Positions 50,374 through 59,453 are shown, numbered from the stretch's first letter. The stretch: DNA of 64,000 nucleotides from an uncultured Candidatus Saccharibacteria bacterium (GCA_964479005.1 CAYZJA010000001.1:96001-160000), one strand, 5' to 3'. The notes: generated by a model not told the origin, from the letters alone. A program made the numbers and translations.

Positions 50374-50889
50374 ATGAAAAAGATATTAATTGGTTTAACG
50401 ATCATTACATTGGCTGCAATGGTTGCTAGTCCTGCTATGGCTTACTACTGGCCAATGCCAATGGAATCCAGTGACGTAACAGTCAATAATGATAGTTACT
50501 CGAGGATTCGCAATAACGTAACAGTTGTTGCTAAAACCGGCGATAACACTGCTAATACTGGCTCGGCAAGTTTCGGTGGTTTGGGTAGTACAATTCAGAC
50601 TGGTAATGCTGTCGCTGAAGCGACAGTAGTAACTGTTGCCAACACAAATTACACCAGAATTAAGGCTCCTTGCACTAATTGCGACGGCGATGTCACTGTT
50701 AACAATGATGATAGTGACGCTTTTGTCAGGAATAGAGTTAGGGTTATTGCCGACACCGGCGATAACACTGCTAATACTGGCTCGGCATGTTTAGGTGGTG
50801 AGGGTAGTTTGATTGTAACAGGCAGTGCATGGGCTGAAGGAAATGTTGTTACTGTTACTAACACTAACATAACCAGAATTCGCAGATAG
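50374..50889 (+). CDS. secreted protein made of two ~62-aa copies of a novel TGDNTANTG/NTN repeat
   Basis: Signal peptide; VTVNNDSYSRIRNNVTVVAKTGDNTANTGSA...VANTNYTRI repeated as VTVNNDDSDAFVRNRVRVIADTGDNTANTGSA...VTNTNITRI. Confidence 0.5.
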   Translation: MKKILIGLTIITLAAMVASPAMAYYWPMPMESSDVTVNNDSYSRIRNNVTVVAKTGDNTANTGSASFGGLGSTIQTGNAVAEATVVTVANTNYTRIKAPCTNCDGDVTVNNDDSDAFVRNRVRVIADTGDNTANTGSACLGGEGSLIVTGSAWAEGNVVTVTNTNITRIRR

Positions 50890-50958
50890 TAATTGATTGT
50901 TATGAACAGGAAGGGGGTTCTTTGTCCTCTTCCTTGCATAAGCCCTTAAAAGATTATT

Positions 50959-51549
50959 TTGAGGGCTTATGCAAGGGATATTAAAAAATCAAATATGAAA
51001 AATCAAATATCAAAAATTCCGGTTTTAGTTGCTTTTCTGACAATTATTCCGTTAGTTTGCGGGGCTTTTTCCTTTGAAGAACCTTTTGATGATTTTGAAG
51101 AATGGATTTCGGATCTTAGTGATGGAATGAGTAGTACTCATATAATAAATGAAGTTAAGGTTTTAACAAATACTGGCAATAATGTAATTAATGGCGAAAT
51201 AACAGAAGGTGAAGCAAAAAGCCGGATTTTTATTAAAAACGTTATTAATGGAAAAGAAATAGACCCAATTGAGATTGAATCTGATAAAAACGAAATTAAA
51301 GTGGAAAGCCAAATTAAAACAGAAAATGGCAAAGTTATTATTCAGAGAGAAATTCAAATTGATTCTGAAAAAAGCACTGAAAATTATGAGGTTGATTTGG
51401 AAAATTCAGAAACTGAGACAGAAAGTGAAGGAATATTGAAAGACGGTTTAGATTCCTTTCAAGAAGGATGGTTAGATTTTATCGAAGATTTAAGGTCTTT
51501 TTTTGACGATATCTTTAATATTTTTAAATTAAATGCAAGAATCAAATAG
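50959..51549 (+). CDS. secreted acidic protein with one degenerate TNTGNN repeat (true start probably MKNQISK at 50995)
   Basis: Signal peptide IPVLVAFLTIIPLVCGA; VKVLTNTGNNVINGEITEGEA; 17-nt overlap with the next gene. Confidence 0.4.
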   Translation: MRAYARDIKKSNMKNQISKIPVLVAFLTIIPLVCGAFSFEEPFDDFEEWISDLSDGMSSTHIINEVKVLTNTGNNVINGEITEGEAKSRIFIKNVINGKEIDPIEIESDKNEIKVESQIKTENGKVIIQREIQIDSEKSTENYEVDLENSETETESEGILKDGLDSFQEGWLDFIEDLRSFFDDIFNIFKLNARIK

Positions 51550-54163
51550 ATTAAAAAACTTTATTTTAATTCCTTTGCTAATCATAAGTTTGGTAGGTTT
51601 TAATTTTTATCCCTTTTTGGTTTTTGCAGAAGGAGATGGAGTTGTCACCGAAGGAGTAGTAATTGAGAATAATGAAGACACGCAGATTGTTACTGGAGAT
51701 TCTAATACTGAAGTTAATCTTGAAAACACTGTAAATTCTAATCTTACCGAATTAAACGGGGATGATTCTTCAGACGGAGAATCAGAACCTCTTGAGAATT
51801 TAGAATGTGAGGAAATTGATGTTACTACTTCAAGCACTGATGTTGTTTTTAATATTGCCAATGATAATGAGGCAGAAGTAGAGAATAATATCGAGACTGA
51901 GGAAGAAACTGGAGATAATGAAATTGATCAAAGTGAAGGAGATGCCATCATTGACACCGGAGATATAAATTTAGTCGTTGGCGTAGTTAATACAGTCAAC
52001 ACTAATGTTACTGGTTCTGATTTTTCTCAGCTTTTGTTAAACGTTTTTGAAAATTTAGAAGAAGATATTGATTTATCTGACCAATTAATGGGAATTTCTT
52101 CTTTGGAAAATTGTTATTCACCAATGGAATGTTTTGATCTTAATATTGTTAATGATAACCAAGGAAGTATTGAAAATAATATTTTAGTTGATGCATCAAC
52201 TGGCGAAAATACTGCCCAGAGTATTGATGGAGACGCAATCATTAAGACCGGTAACGCTAATGTTGCAGTTAATGCTTTAAATATTCTCAATACCGATATT
52301 ATCGGCTCAAACTGGACTCAGCTTATTATCAATGTATTTGATAATTGGACTGGCGATTTAGTTTTTCCCGGAAAAGGAAAAATGCAAGGATTTTTAAATC
52401 AAAAACCGCGCTCCTGTGAAGGAGATTGTGGAGATACTAATATAGTTAATTCTAATGAAGGCGAGATTGAAAATAAAGTCCATGTTCAGGCTAATACTGG
52501 CGAAAATCAATCTAATGGAAATTCAAGTATTATCCGCACTGGCCAAGCTAATGCTGAAGTTAATCTTTTAAATATTGCCAATACTAATTTATATGATAAG
52601 AATTGGTTTTTTGTAGGAATTAATAATTTTGGCAACTGGAAAGGAAATGTATTTAGTTTGCCTCCTGGTTTGGAAATGTCAGGAGATTCTAATAGTGTTC
52701 AAATTTATAATCTTGAACTAGAAGATGTTAATAATCCAACAGAAGATTTTGATAATAACACCAGTGGTAATTCTTTGAATATAGTCAATGAAAATACCGG
52801 GATTATTAAAAATAATATTATAGTTAATCTTTCGACTGGCGAGAACTCAGCTATTTCTTCTAACGGTCAGACAACGATAGAGACCGGAGATGCCAATACC
52901 CTAACTAACATTGCCAATCTTTTAAATTCAAATATTGTCGGCAGTAATTGGCTTTTGGGAACTGTAAATATTTTAGGAGATTGGAATGGAGATTTGGCTT
53001 TTGGCCGTCCTGATAATTGGATTGGTGGGAGTGTTGCCTCTTCTCATAATCCGGTTTCTCCTGGAGAAACTATAACTTATACTTTGACATATATTAACAA
53101 TGGGGATGCTGATGCTACACAAGTAATGATTATTGATGATTACGATGAGGCGCATCTTTCTATTATAGATACAGGTGGTGGAATTATCATTGATAATCCT
53201 GGCGAGATTCAGTGGGACATTGGAACAATTGCAGTAGGCGGTTCCGGTTCAGTTTCTTATTCTGCTGTAATTGATCCAGAAGTACCTTATGGTACTACCT
53301 ATCTTACTAATCAGGCGACAATTGATAGTTTTGAAGAAGATTTTAATAATGAAGATAACATTGAAATTTTATCAATTGAAGTGTATAGACCTTTGCCAGT
53401 TGCTTCAGTTATGTTGGGTTTTTCTTCTCCCTCGTCTTCGCCAAAATTGGAAATTAGCAAAACTCACAATGTAGATGATTTCGTTTATTCAGGAAGCGAT
53501 GTTGATTTTAAGATAGTGCTATATAATGATAGCGATAGTTCTGCTTATGATGTTGTCGTTTATGATACTTTACGGAACGATGCATCTGAAGCGATCAGTA
53601 CTTCCCATTGGGATTTGGGAGAAGTTTTCCCTCACGAAGAAATAATTATTGACTATACGGCAGCCATAGGTTCTGAGTTTCCAGCCGGCTTTTATACTAA
53701 TATAGCTGAGGCTCTAGGTTTTGATAGCCAGGGAAATCCAGTTAGTTCTCCTGAGGCCTCTAGCACAATTGAGGTTAGGGCGGCAGAAGTTCCTCCTGAT
53801 GAAACAGAGGAAGTGGAGGAAATTTCTCTTGAGGAGATAGAAAAGGAATTAAAAGAAATGAAAGACAAGATAAGAAAAATAAGAGAAGAGATAGAAAGAC
53901 TTTCTCATCCGTCTCCAGTCGAAGAATTTACAAGTTCTCTTCCAAAACAATTAATATCAGAGGTTTTGGCTGCTGAAGAACCTTTTGTTCCCAAAGAAAA
54001 AATTAATTTGCCTGAAAGAGGTTTGGCTCCGTTGCTTTTGGCTAGCTTAAGAGAGATAGGGGGAACGGATTGGATGATGATTTTGGCCATTTTTTGCCTT
54101 ATTGGGTTAATTATAATTGGAATTAGAGAGTGGGAATTAATTCGAAAAAAGAAAAAGAGATAA
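51533..54163 (+). CDS. large (876 aa) surface protein: N-terminal TM/signal, four or five copies of the ~75-aa TGEN/NTN repeat, two DUF11-type domains, a Glu/Lys coiled coil and a C-terminal TM anchor with KKKKR tail
   Basis: Repeats NIVNDNQGSIENNILVDASTGENTAQS...TGNANVAVNALNILNTDI and variants; DUF11-like PVSPGETITYTLTYINNGDADATQV...WDIGTIAVGGSGSVSY. Confidence 0.55.
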   Translation: MQESNRLKNFILIPLLIISLVGFNFYPFLVFAEGDGVVTEGVVIENNEDTQIVTGDSNTEVNLENTVNSNLTELNGDDSSDGESEPLENLECEEIDVTTSSTDVVFNIANDNEAEVENNIETEEETGDNEIDQSEGDAIIDTGDINLVVGVVNTVNTNVTGSDFSQLLLNVFENLEEDIDLSDQLMGISSLENCYSPMECFDLNIVNDNQGSIENNILVDASTGENTAQSIDGDAIIKTGNANVAVNALNILNTDIIGSNWTQLIINVFDNWTGDLVFPGKGKMQGFLNQKPRSCEGDCGDTNIVNSNEGEIENKVHVQANTGENQSNGNSSIIRTGQANAEVNLLNIANTNLYDKNWFFVGINNFGNWKGNVFSLPPGLEMSGDSNSVQIYNLELEDVNNPTEDFDNNTSGNSLNIVNENTGIIKNNIIVNLSTGENSAISSNGQTTIETGDANTLTNIANLLNSNIVGSNWLLGTVNILGDWNGDLAFGRPDNWIGGSVASSHNPVSPGETITYTLTYINNGDADATQVMIIDDYDEAHLSIIDTGGGIIIDNPGEIQWDIGTIAVGGSGSVSYSAVIDPEVPYGTTYLTNQATIDSFEEDFNNEDNIEILSIEVYRPLPVASVMLGFSSPSSSPKLEISKTHNVDDFVYSGSDVDFKIVLYNDSDSSAYDVVVYDTLRNDASEAISTSHWDLGEVFPHEEIIIDYTAAIGSEFPAGFYTNIAEALGFDSQGNPVSSPEASSTIEVRAAEVPPDETEEVEEISLEEIEKELKEMKDKIRKIREEIERLSHPSPVEEFTSSLPKQLISEVLAAEEPFVPKEKINLPERGLAPLLLASLREIGGTDWMMILAIFCLIGLIIIGIREWELIRKKKKR

Positions 54164-54185
54164 AAGAATTGAATTAGAAATAAAA

Positions 54186-54222
54186 CAGGACTGATAACAA
54201 TATTAGCCCTGTTTTGTTTTAC
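54186..54222 (+). repeat. dispersed ~30-bp palindromic repeat, copy 1 (aaaacaggactgataacaatat...cctgtttt)
   Basis: Copies at 55197-55231 and 56610-56640 are in reverse orientation; core aaaacaggactgataacaatat matches exactly. Confidence 0.7.
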
Positions 54223-54329
54223 GATAATTGACTATTGACTCTTGGCCTATAATCTGTTATCATTTTAGAGCAATTAAAGAAGATTATTTTATAGCATTTT
54301 GAAAATTTTATAAAAAGAGGTGAAATATA

Positions 54330-54578
54330 GTGGATAAGAAAGAAAAGATAGATGTATTGGTTTTATGTTGTATGATGATAGTTTTTGTTACTTTGTCGAA
54401 ATTGACGTATAATTTTTGCATGTCTAAAGGAGTAGAATATATATCAAAATATATCGCTGCTTCTTTAACACCTTTAGAATCCATATTAGCTTTAGTTTGC
54501 TGGATTATTTTTTCTTGTCTTATGTTTCTTCTGACGCTTTACTTGTTTTGTCTTTGGAAAGATGATTTTTGCGAATGA
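54330..54578 (+). CDS. small 2-TM membrane protein (GTG start)
   Basis: SD aaagaggtg; hydrophobic 82-aa ORF. Confidence 0.3.
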   Translation: MDKKEKIDVLVLCCMMIVFVTLSKLTYNFCMSKGVEYISKYIAASLTPLESILALVCWIIFSCLMFLLTLYLFCLWKDDFCE

Positions 54579-54606
54579 TGAAAATTATATTAAGGAGGTA
54601 ATTAAT

Positions 54607-54849
54607 ATGTCAAGGGAATTAACAAATCTCGAGATAAGAGCATTGAATTTCAAAGTAGGAGAAAAAGTCAAGGAGTTTTTAGTGTGCGCGGTATGCAAAG
54701 GCAATCCCGGTATAGAATATGGGAATATTGACAATGTCAAATTTTGCGGTGATAAAGATTTTGCTAAAGAAAAAAAGAAGAAATTAAAAAAGAAATTTTC
54801 TAAAGATAATGTAAGCATTTTAGAAATTCAAGTTAGAAAAATAGAATAA
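54607..54849 (+). CDS. small Cys-containing protein (80 aa) with a Lys-rich tail
   Basis: Strong SD taaggaggtaattaatATG; CAVCKGNPG...FCGD. Confidence 0.35.
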   Translation: MSRELTNLEIRALNFKVGEKVKEFLVCAVCKGNPGIEYGNIDNVKFCGDKDFAKEKKKKLKKKFSKDNVSILEIQVRKIE

Positions 54850-54882
54850 TAAAATTAATTAATAAAAAAGGAGGTAATTATA

Positions 54883-55083
54883 ATGATACATATTTTAGAC
54901 ACTGAAGAAACACCTAATATTGGAAACCAAGTGTTTGCAAACTGCGGAGAGAAATTAGATTTTCGTCCTATATGCGCAGATATTTATGGCCGAAAAACTT
55001 GTCCCGAGTGTTTGAAAAAACATGATTTATTATCAAAATCGAAAACACCATCAATGTACATGTTTATACTAGAAGAAAAGTAA
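54883..55083 (+). CDS. small zinc-ribbon-like protein (66 aa)
   Basis: Near-identical SD context aaaaggaggtaattataATG; NCGEK...CPEC. Confidence 0.35.
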   Translation: MIHILDTEETPNIGNQVFANCGEKLDFRPICADIYGRKTCPECLKKHDLLSKSKTPSMYMFILEEK

Positions 55084-55196
55084 ATTTAAATTGGTGTGAG
55101 AGCCCTCTTAAAGGTACGTAAAACTATCTTAAGGGGGTTTTTATTTTGATATAGCTAAGTTGCTAAAGTTAATTTATTGTAATGATTTATTTAGAG

Positions 55197-55231
55197 CTGA
55201 TATATTGTTATCAGTCCTGTTTTGTTTTATA
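55197..55231 (-). repeat. dispersed ~30-bp palindromic repeat, copy 2 (reverse orientation)
   Basis: gagctgatatattgttatcagtcctgttttgtttt. Confidence 0.7.
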
Positions 55232-55253
55232 ATTTGTATTAAGTTTATTAAAT

Positions 55254-56606
55254 ATGTCTTATACGGTTGACACATTATTAATTATATCTTATTTCGTAAT
55301 AATAATTCTTGTAGGTTTATTTGCAGCGAGAAAACAAACTAAAGAAGGTTTTCTTATTTCTAATAGAAAGCTTTCTTCATTTCCATTGATATCTACGATC
55401 GTAGCTTCGCTTATTGGAGGAAATGCTATTGTTGTTTTTACAACAGCTATTTTCCTATATGGAATTTCTGCTTTTTGGGGTTTTATAGGGCTTGCCTGTG
55501 GTTGTTTATGCCTTATTTTTGTTACAAAAAAGGTAAAATCAATAGCTGATGAAAAGAAGTTCTATACTCTTAGTGATTTCTTTTATGAAAAATATGGTAA
55601 AAGCGTTGGTTTATTAATAGCTTTTACTATTACATTAACCTTTTTTATTCTCTTACTTATTCAGATAATCGCTGGCAGCATTCTACTAAGTAAAATAATC
55701 GGTTTAAGCTATGTATTATCTGTTTTAATTGTAACCACAGTTGTTTTCCTTTATCTACTCGCAGCAGGCTTTAAAGCGGTTGTTAGAACAGATATTTTTC
55801 AATGTTTTGCTATTTTGATACCGCTTTTAATAATTGCTATTTTTTTATCCACTGGGAAAGGTATTAGTATTTCAGAGTTTAATCCATTTAGAAGTGGCTT
55901 TATGTCCATATCATTTTTTCTATTTGGGTTAATTACTGTGATAATTGGTGCGGATATGTGGCAACGTATTTACGCAGGGGAAAATTTCAAGACAATTAAA
56001 AAATCTTTGATTATTTCAGCTATTACTATTCCAATTATTGGTCTTGGAGTATCTATGATTGGTTTTGCAGCTAAATCAAATTTTCCAAATATTCTATCTG
56101 AAGAAGCGCTTATTTATGGTATCTCATATTTATTACCTGCTGGATTGTCTGGTTTAGCACTTGTTGTTTTATTTGCAGCAATTATGTCTACCATAGATAC
56201 GATAACATTTGTTCTGGCTACTAATTTTTCCAAAGATTTTATTTCTAGATTAAAAAACGAAGAAACTAGTAAAAAAGACCTTGTGTCTTTAACTCGTTTA
56301 GGAATATTTTTATTTATTGCCCTCGCTTTAGTTATAGCTTTATTTTATTCAAATATAATAAATGTAGCTTTATCATTAGCTAGTATGACTTTTATCTTGG
56401 CCCCAACGATAATTGGCTCCTTGTATATTAAATTAAAAAGGAGGGCAATATTATTAAGTATTTTGTCAGGATTATTCTATACCTTTTTGATGGTATTATT
56501 AGGACTTATAAAACCAGAAACCATTACCGTATCTTTGTTTATTTCTCTGGGATCTCTTTTTATAGGTCAAAAAATTTTTAAATATAAAGAGGTTAAATCT
56601 GATTAA
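55254..56606 (+). CDS. sodium:solute symporter family (SSS) transporter
   Basis: 12-13 TM helices; N-terminal region typical of PutP/PanF-like SSS proteins. Confidence 0.65.
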   Translation: MSYTVDTLLIISYFVIIILVGLFAARKQTKEGFLISNRKLSSFPLISTIVASLIGGNAIVVFTTAIFLYGISAFWGFIGLACGCLCLIFVTKKVKSIADEKKFYTLSDFFYEKYGKSVGLLIAFTITLTFFILLLIQIIAGSILLSKIIGLSYVLSVLIVTTVVFLYLLAAGFKAVVRTDIFQCFAILIPLLIIAIFLSTGKGISISEFNPFRSGFMSISFFLFGLITVIIGADMWQRIYAGENFKTIKKSLIISAITIPIIGLGVSMIGFAAKSNFPNILSEEALIYGISYLLPAGLSGLALVVLFAAIMSTIDTITFVLATNFSKDFISRLKNEETSKKDLVSLTRLGIFLFIALALVIALFYSNIINVALSLASMTFILAPTIIGSLYIKLKRRAILLSILSGLFYTFLMVLLGLIKPETITVSLFISLGSLFIGQKIFKYKEVKSD

Positions 56607-56609
56607 AAA

Positions 56610-56640
56610 TAGAGCTGATATATTGTTATCAGTCCTGTTT
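56610..56640 (-). repeat. dispersed ~30-bp palindromic repeat, copy 3 (reverse orientation)
   Basis: agagctgatatattgttatcagtcctgtttt. Confidence 0.7.
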
Positions 56641-56681
56641 TAATATAATAATAGCCAGAGATTTCCAATTCTATTAGGTTC

Positions 56682-56709
56682 TTGACTTCCTTAATAGATT
56701 GGCTATAAT
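56682..56709 (+). promoter_or_regulatory. promoter TTGACT-16-TATAAT for the Fic gene
   Basis: Near-consensus -35/-10; the ORF tool start (TTG at 56709) overlaps the -10, so the true start is probably ATG 56739. Confidence 0.45.
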
Positions 56710-56738
56710 TGGATATAGCTAATATAGCCAATAATCAT

Positions 56739-57800
56739 ATGGCAAGAAATAAACAATTTGATCAGAGAATAGAAAATATTCCTACAGAAATTTGGTCAAA
56801 GCTTATACAAATTGATGAATTAAAGGGGCAATGGATTGCCGGCGCTCGGTTGAGCCCACAAGTTTTAAACCACCTTAAGCGGTCTGTTTTGATTACTTCT
56901 ACTGGTGCCTCAACTCGTATTGAGGGAGCTCGGCTTTCTGACGAAGATGTTGAGAAATTAATGCGTGGTATTGATATTCAGAAGTTTACTGACCGTGATA
57001 AGCAGGAAGTAAAGGGATATTTTGAATTACTAGAAAATATTTTTGATTCTTGGAGATCGATTAAGCTTTCAGAAAGCGCTATCAAGCATTTTCACAAAGA
57101 GCTTTTGAAGTATGTAAAAAAGGATGAACTCCACAGAGGTGATTATAAGAAAACCGAGAATAAAGTTGAGATGATTGATGCAGCTGGTAAATCCATCGGA
57201 ACTCTTTTTGACACTACACCGGTATATCTTACCCCGAAAGAAATGCAGGAATTAGTAGAGTGGACCCGAGAATCTTTGGCTGAAAAAAAATCTCATCCAC
57301 TTTTGATTGTTGGTAATTTTCTTGTTGAGTTTTTACAGATTCATCCATTCCAAGATGGCAATGGCCGGCTTAGCCGTGTTCTTACAAATCTTCTTTTATT
57401 GAAAGAGGGATATTTATATATGCCCTATATTTCTCATGAGAAGCTGGTTGAAGACAATAAGCCGGATTACTATATGGCCTTACGCAGAAGTCAAAAGACT
57501 TTTAAGACAGATCACGAAGACATCACTTCGTGGTTGGATTTCTTTTTGACTATTTTATTGAAGCAGTCAAAGATGGCCGTTGAGCTACTCTCAAAAGAGA
57601 ACATTGAAAAACTTCTTTCAATGAAGCAACTTGCTGTTTGGGAGTATTTGCAAAAGGCAAAAGAAACTACTACCGGCGAGATTATCAGAGGAACCAAGAT
57701 TACACGGCCTACTGTAAAACAGGCTCTTAACAAATTATTGCGTCTCAAAAAAATTGAACGCATTGGGCTCGGTAGAAGCACAAGATATAGAAAATTATGA
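56739..57800 (+). CDS. Fic family protein (AMPylator type) with a class II N-terminal inhibitory motif and a C-terminal winged HTH
   Basis: Fic motif HPFQDGNGRLSR; STRIEGA fits (S/T)xxxE(G/N); C-terminal wHTH-like ...LLRLKKIERIGLGRSTRYRKL. Confidence 0.85.
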   Translation: MARNKQFDQRIENIPTEIWSKLIQIDELKGQWIAGARLSPQVLNHLKRSVLITSTGASTRIEGARLSDEDVEKLMRGIDIQKFTDRDKQEVKGYFELLENIFDSWRSIKLSESAIKHFHKELLKYVKKDELHRGDYKKTENKVEMIDAAGKSIGTLFDTTPVYLTPKEMQELVEWTRESLAEKKSHPLLIVGNFLVEFLQIHPFQDGNGRLSRVLTNLLLLKEGYLYMPYISHEKLVEDNKPDYYMALRRSQKTFKTDHEDITSWLDFFLTILLKQSKMAVELLSKENIEKLLSMKQLAVWEYLQKAKETTTGEIIRGTKITRPTVKQALNKLLRLKKIERIGLGRSTRYRKL

Positions 57801-57830
57801 TAATTTAATAAAAGTGATAAATCTAAAAGT

Positions 57831-58847
57831 ATGAGTTTATCAATTGGAATTGTCGGTTTACCTAATGTGGGAAAATCCACTCTTTTTAAACTTTTAACAA
57901 AGCAGGAAGTTAATATTGCTAATTATCCATTTACTACCATTGATCCTAATGTGGCTGTTGTTTCAGTGGCTGATGAGAGATTAGAAAAAATAGCTGAGAT
58001 AAGCAAACCGGAAAAAGTAATTCCTGCCGCAATTGAATTTTTTGATATTGCAGGGTTAGTAAAAGGAGCTAATAAGGGAGAAGGGTTAGGAAATCAATTT
58101 TTAGCCCAGATTCGCGAAACCAATGCTATAGTACAAGTAGTTCGATGTTTTTCTGAAGAAACAGTAGCTCATATAGATGGCAGTATAGATCCTTTAAGAG
58201 ATATTAAAGTAGTTAATACCGAGTTAATCTTAAAAGATTTAGAAACTACAGAAAAGAGAATTAGTAAAATAGAAGGGGAAGCTCATGCTGGAAATAAAGA
58301 CATTGTTAAAGAATTAGAAATATTAAATCAGATAAAAAATTTACTAACAGAAGACAATCTTTTGATAAATTTTTTGAACGAAGAGTTATTAAATAATCCA
58401 GCAGTGAAAGATTTAAATTTTTTAACGGCAAAAAAACAAATCTACTTGTTTAATGGCAGAGACGAGGATACTCCAAAAGAAGTTATTAATTTTATTCAGC
58501 AATTAAAAAGTGAATATATTATTACTGGTTTAGAAACAAATCCTGATTTATTAGAGCTTATTAAAAAAGCCTATCAGGTTTTGGGGCTTATTAGCTTTTT
58601 TACTATTGTAGGTGAAAAAGAGGCGCGCGCTTGGCCTGTAAAAAAAGGTATTAAAGCTCAGGAAGCGGCAGGGATGATTCACAGTGATTTTGCCGATAAA
58701 TTTATTAAAGCTGAAGTTATTGATTGGAAGAAATTATTAGAAGCAGGCAAGTGGAGTGTTGCCCGCCAAAAAGGATGGATTCAATTAGAAGGAAAAGAGT
58801 ATGAGGTACAGGATGGAGATGTTATAATATTTAAACACGGGGGATGA
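57831..58847 (+). CDS. ychF: ribosome-binding ATPase YchF (Obg family)
   Basis: IGIVGLPNVGKSTLF; NYPFTTIDPN; C-terminal TGS-like. Confidence 0.9.
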   Translation: MSLSIGIVGLPNVGKSTLFKLLTKQEVNIANYPFTTIDPNVAVVSVADERLEKIAEISKPEKVIPAAIEFFDIAGLVKGANKGEGLGNQFLAQIRETNAIVQVVRCFSEETVAHIDGSIDPLRDIKVVNTELILKDLETTEKRISKIEGEAHAGNKDIVKELEILNQIKNLLTEDNLLINFLNEELLNNPAVKDLNFLTAKKQIYLFNGRDEDTPKEVINFIQQLKSEYIITGLETNPDLLELIKKAYQVLGLISFFTIVGEKEARAWPVKKGIKAQEAAGMIHSDFADKFIKAEVIDWKKLLEAGKWSVARQKGWIQLEGKEYEVQDGDVIIFKHGG

Positions 58848-59104
58848 AAAAGAAATTTATATTTTATGGTCGGGTCCAAGGTATAGGGTTTCGTTTTAGA
58901 GCCGAAATGTTAGCTAAAAAATTTAATATATTTGGTTGGGTGGAGAATAATGATGATGGAGGTGTTACTTTAATAGCAGAAGGGGCAGAAGAAAACATAG
59001 AAAGTTTAATAAATAATTTAAAAGATTATTTTCAAGATAATATTGAAAATATAAAAGAAAGTATAGAAAAAGGCGAGGGGTTAATTGATTTCAAAATAAA
59101 ATGA
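58844..59104 (+). CDS. acyP: acylphosphatase-like protein
   Basis: YGRVQGIGFRFRAEMLAKK...GWVENNDDG. Confidence 0.7.
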   Translation: MKKKFIFYGRVQGIGFRFRAEMLAKKFNIFGWVENNDDGGVTLIAEGAEENIESLINNLKDYFQDNIENIKESIEKGEGLIDFKIK

Positions 59105-59451
59105 GTTTTATTAAGCATAAAGAGAGTAAAGAAAGCTTATTTGTTTGGACTAAGCATTCGCAAGCAAAGATGCGTCAATATATGCTTTCTGAAAGTAGAG
59201 TAAAGCGGGTGATAAGAAATCCTAAAAGAGTGGAAGAGGGTATTGCTCCAAAGACTTTAGCTTCAATGCAAAAGGCGGGTTCTAAAAAGCATCCTTATGA
59301 GATTTGGGTAATGTATCAACTTGTTAGTGAGCGAGGCCGTAGAATAAAAGTTATTAGCGCGTGGAAATATCCTGGTACTACTCATCCCGGAGATCCAATT
59401 CCTATTCCACCAGATATTTTTGAGGAAATTATTAAAGACCTTGGAACATAA
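59101..59451 (+). CDS. hypothetical protein
   Basis: 116-aa ORF translationally coupled to acyP; no recognised motif. Confidence 0.35.
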   Translation: MSFIKHKESKESLFVWTKHSQAKMRQYMLSESRVKRVIRNPKRVEEGIAPKTLASMQKAGSKKHPYEIWVMYQLVSERGRRIKVISAWKYPGTTHPGDPIPIPPDIFEEIIKDLGT

Positions 59452-59453
59452 AT

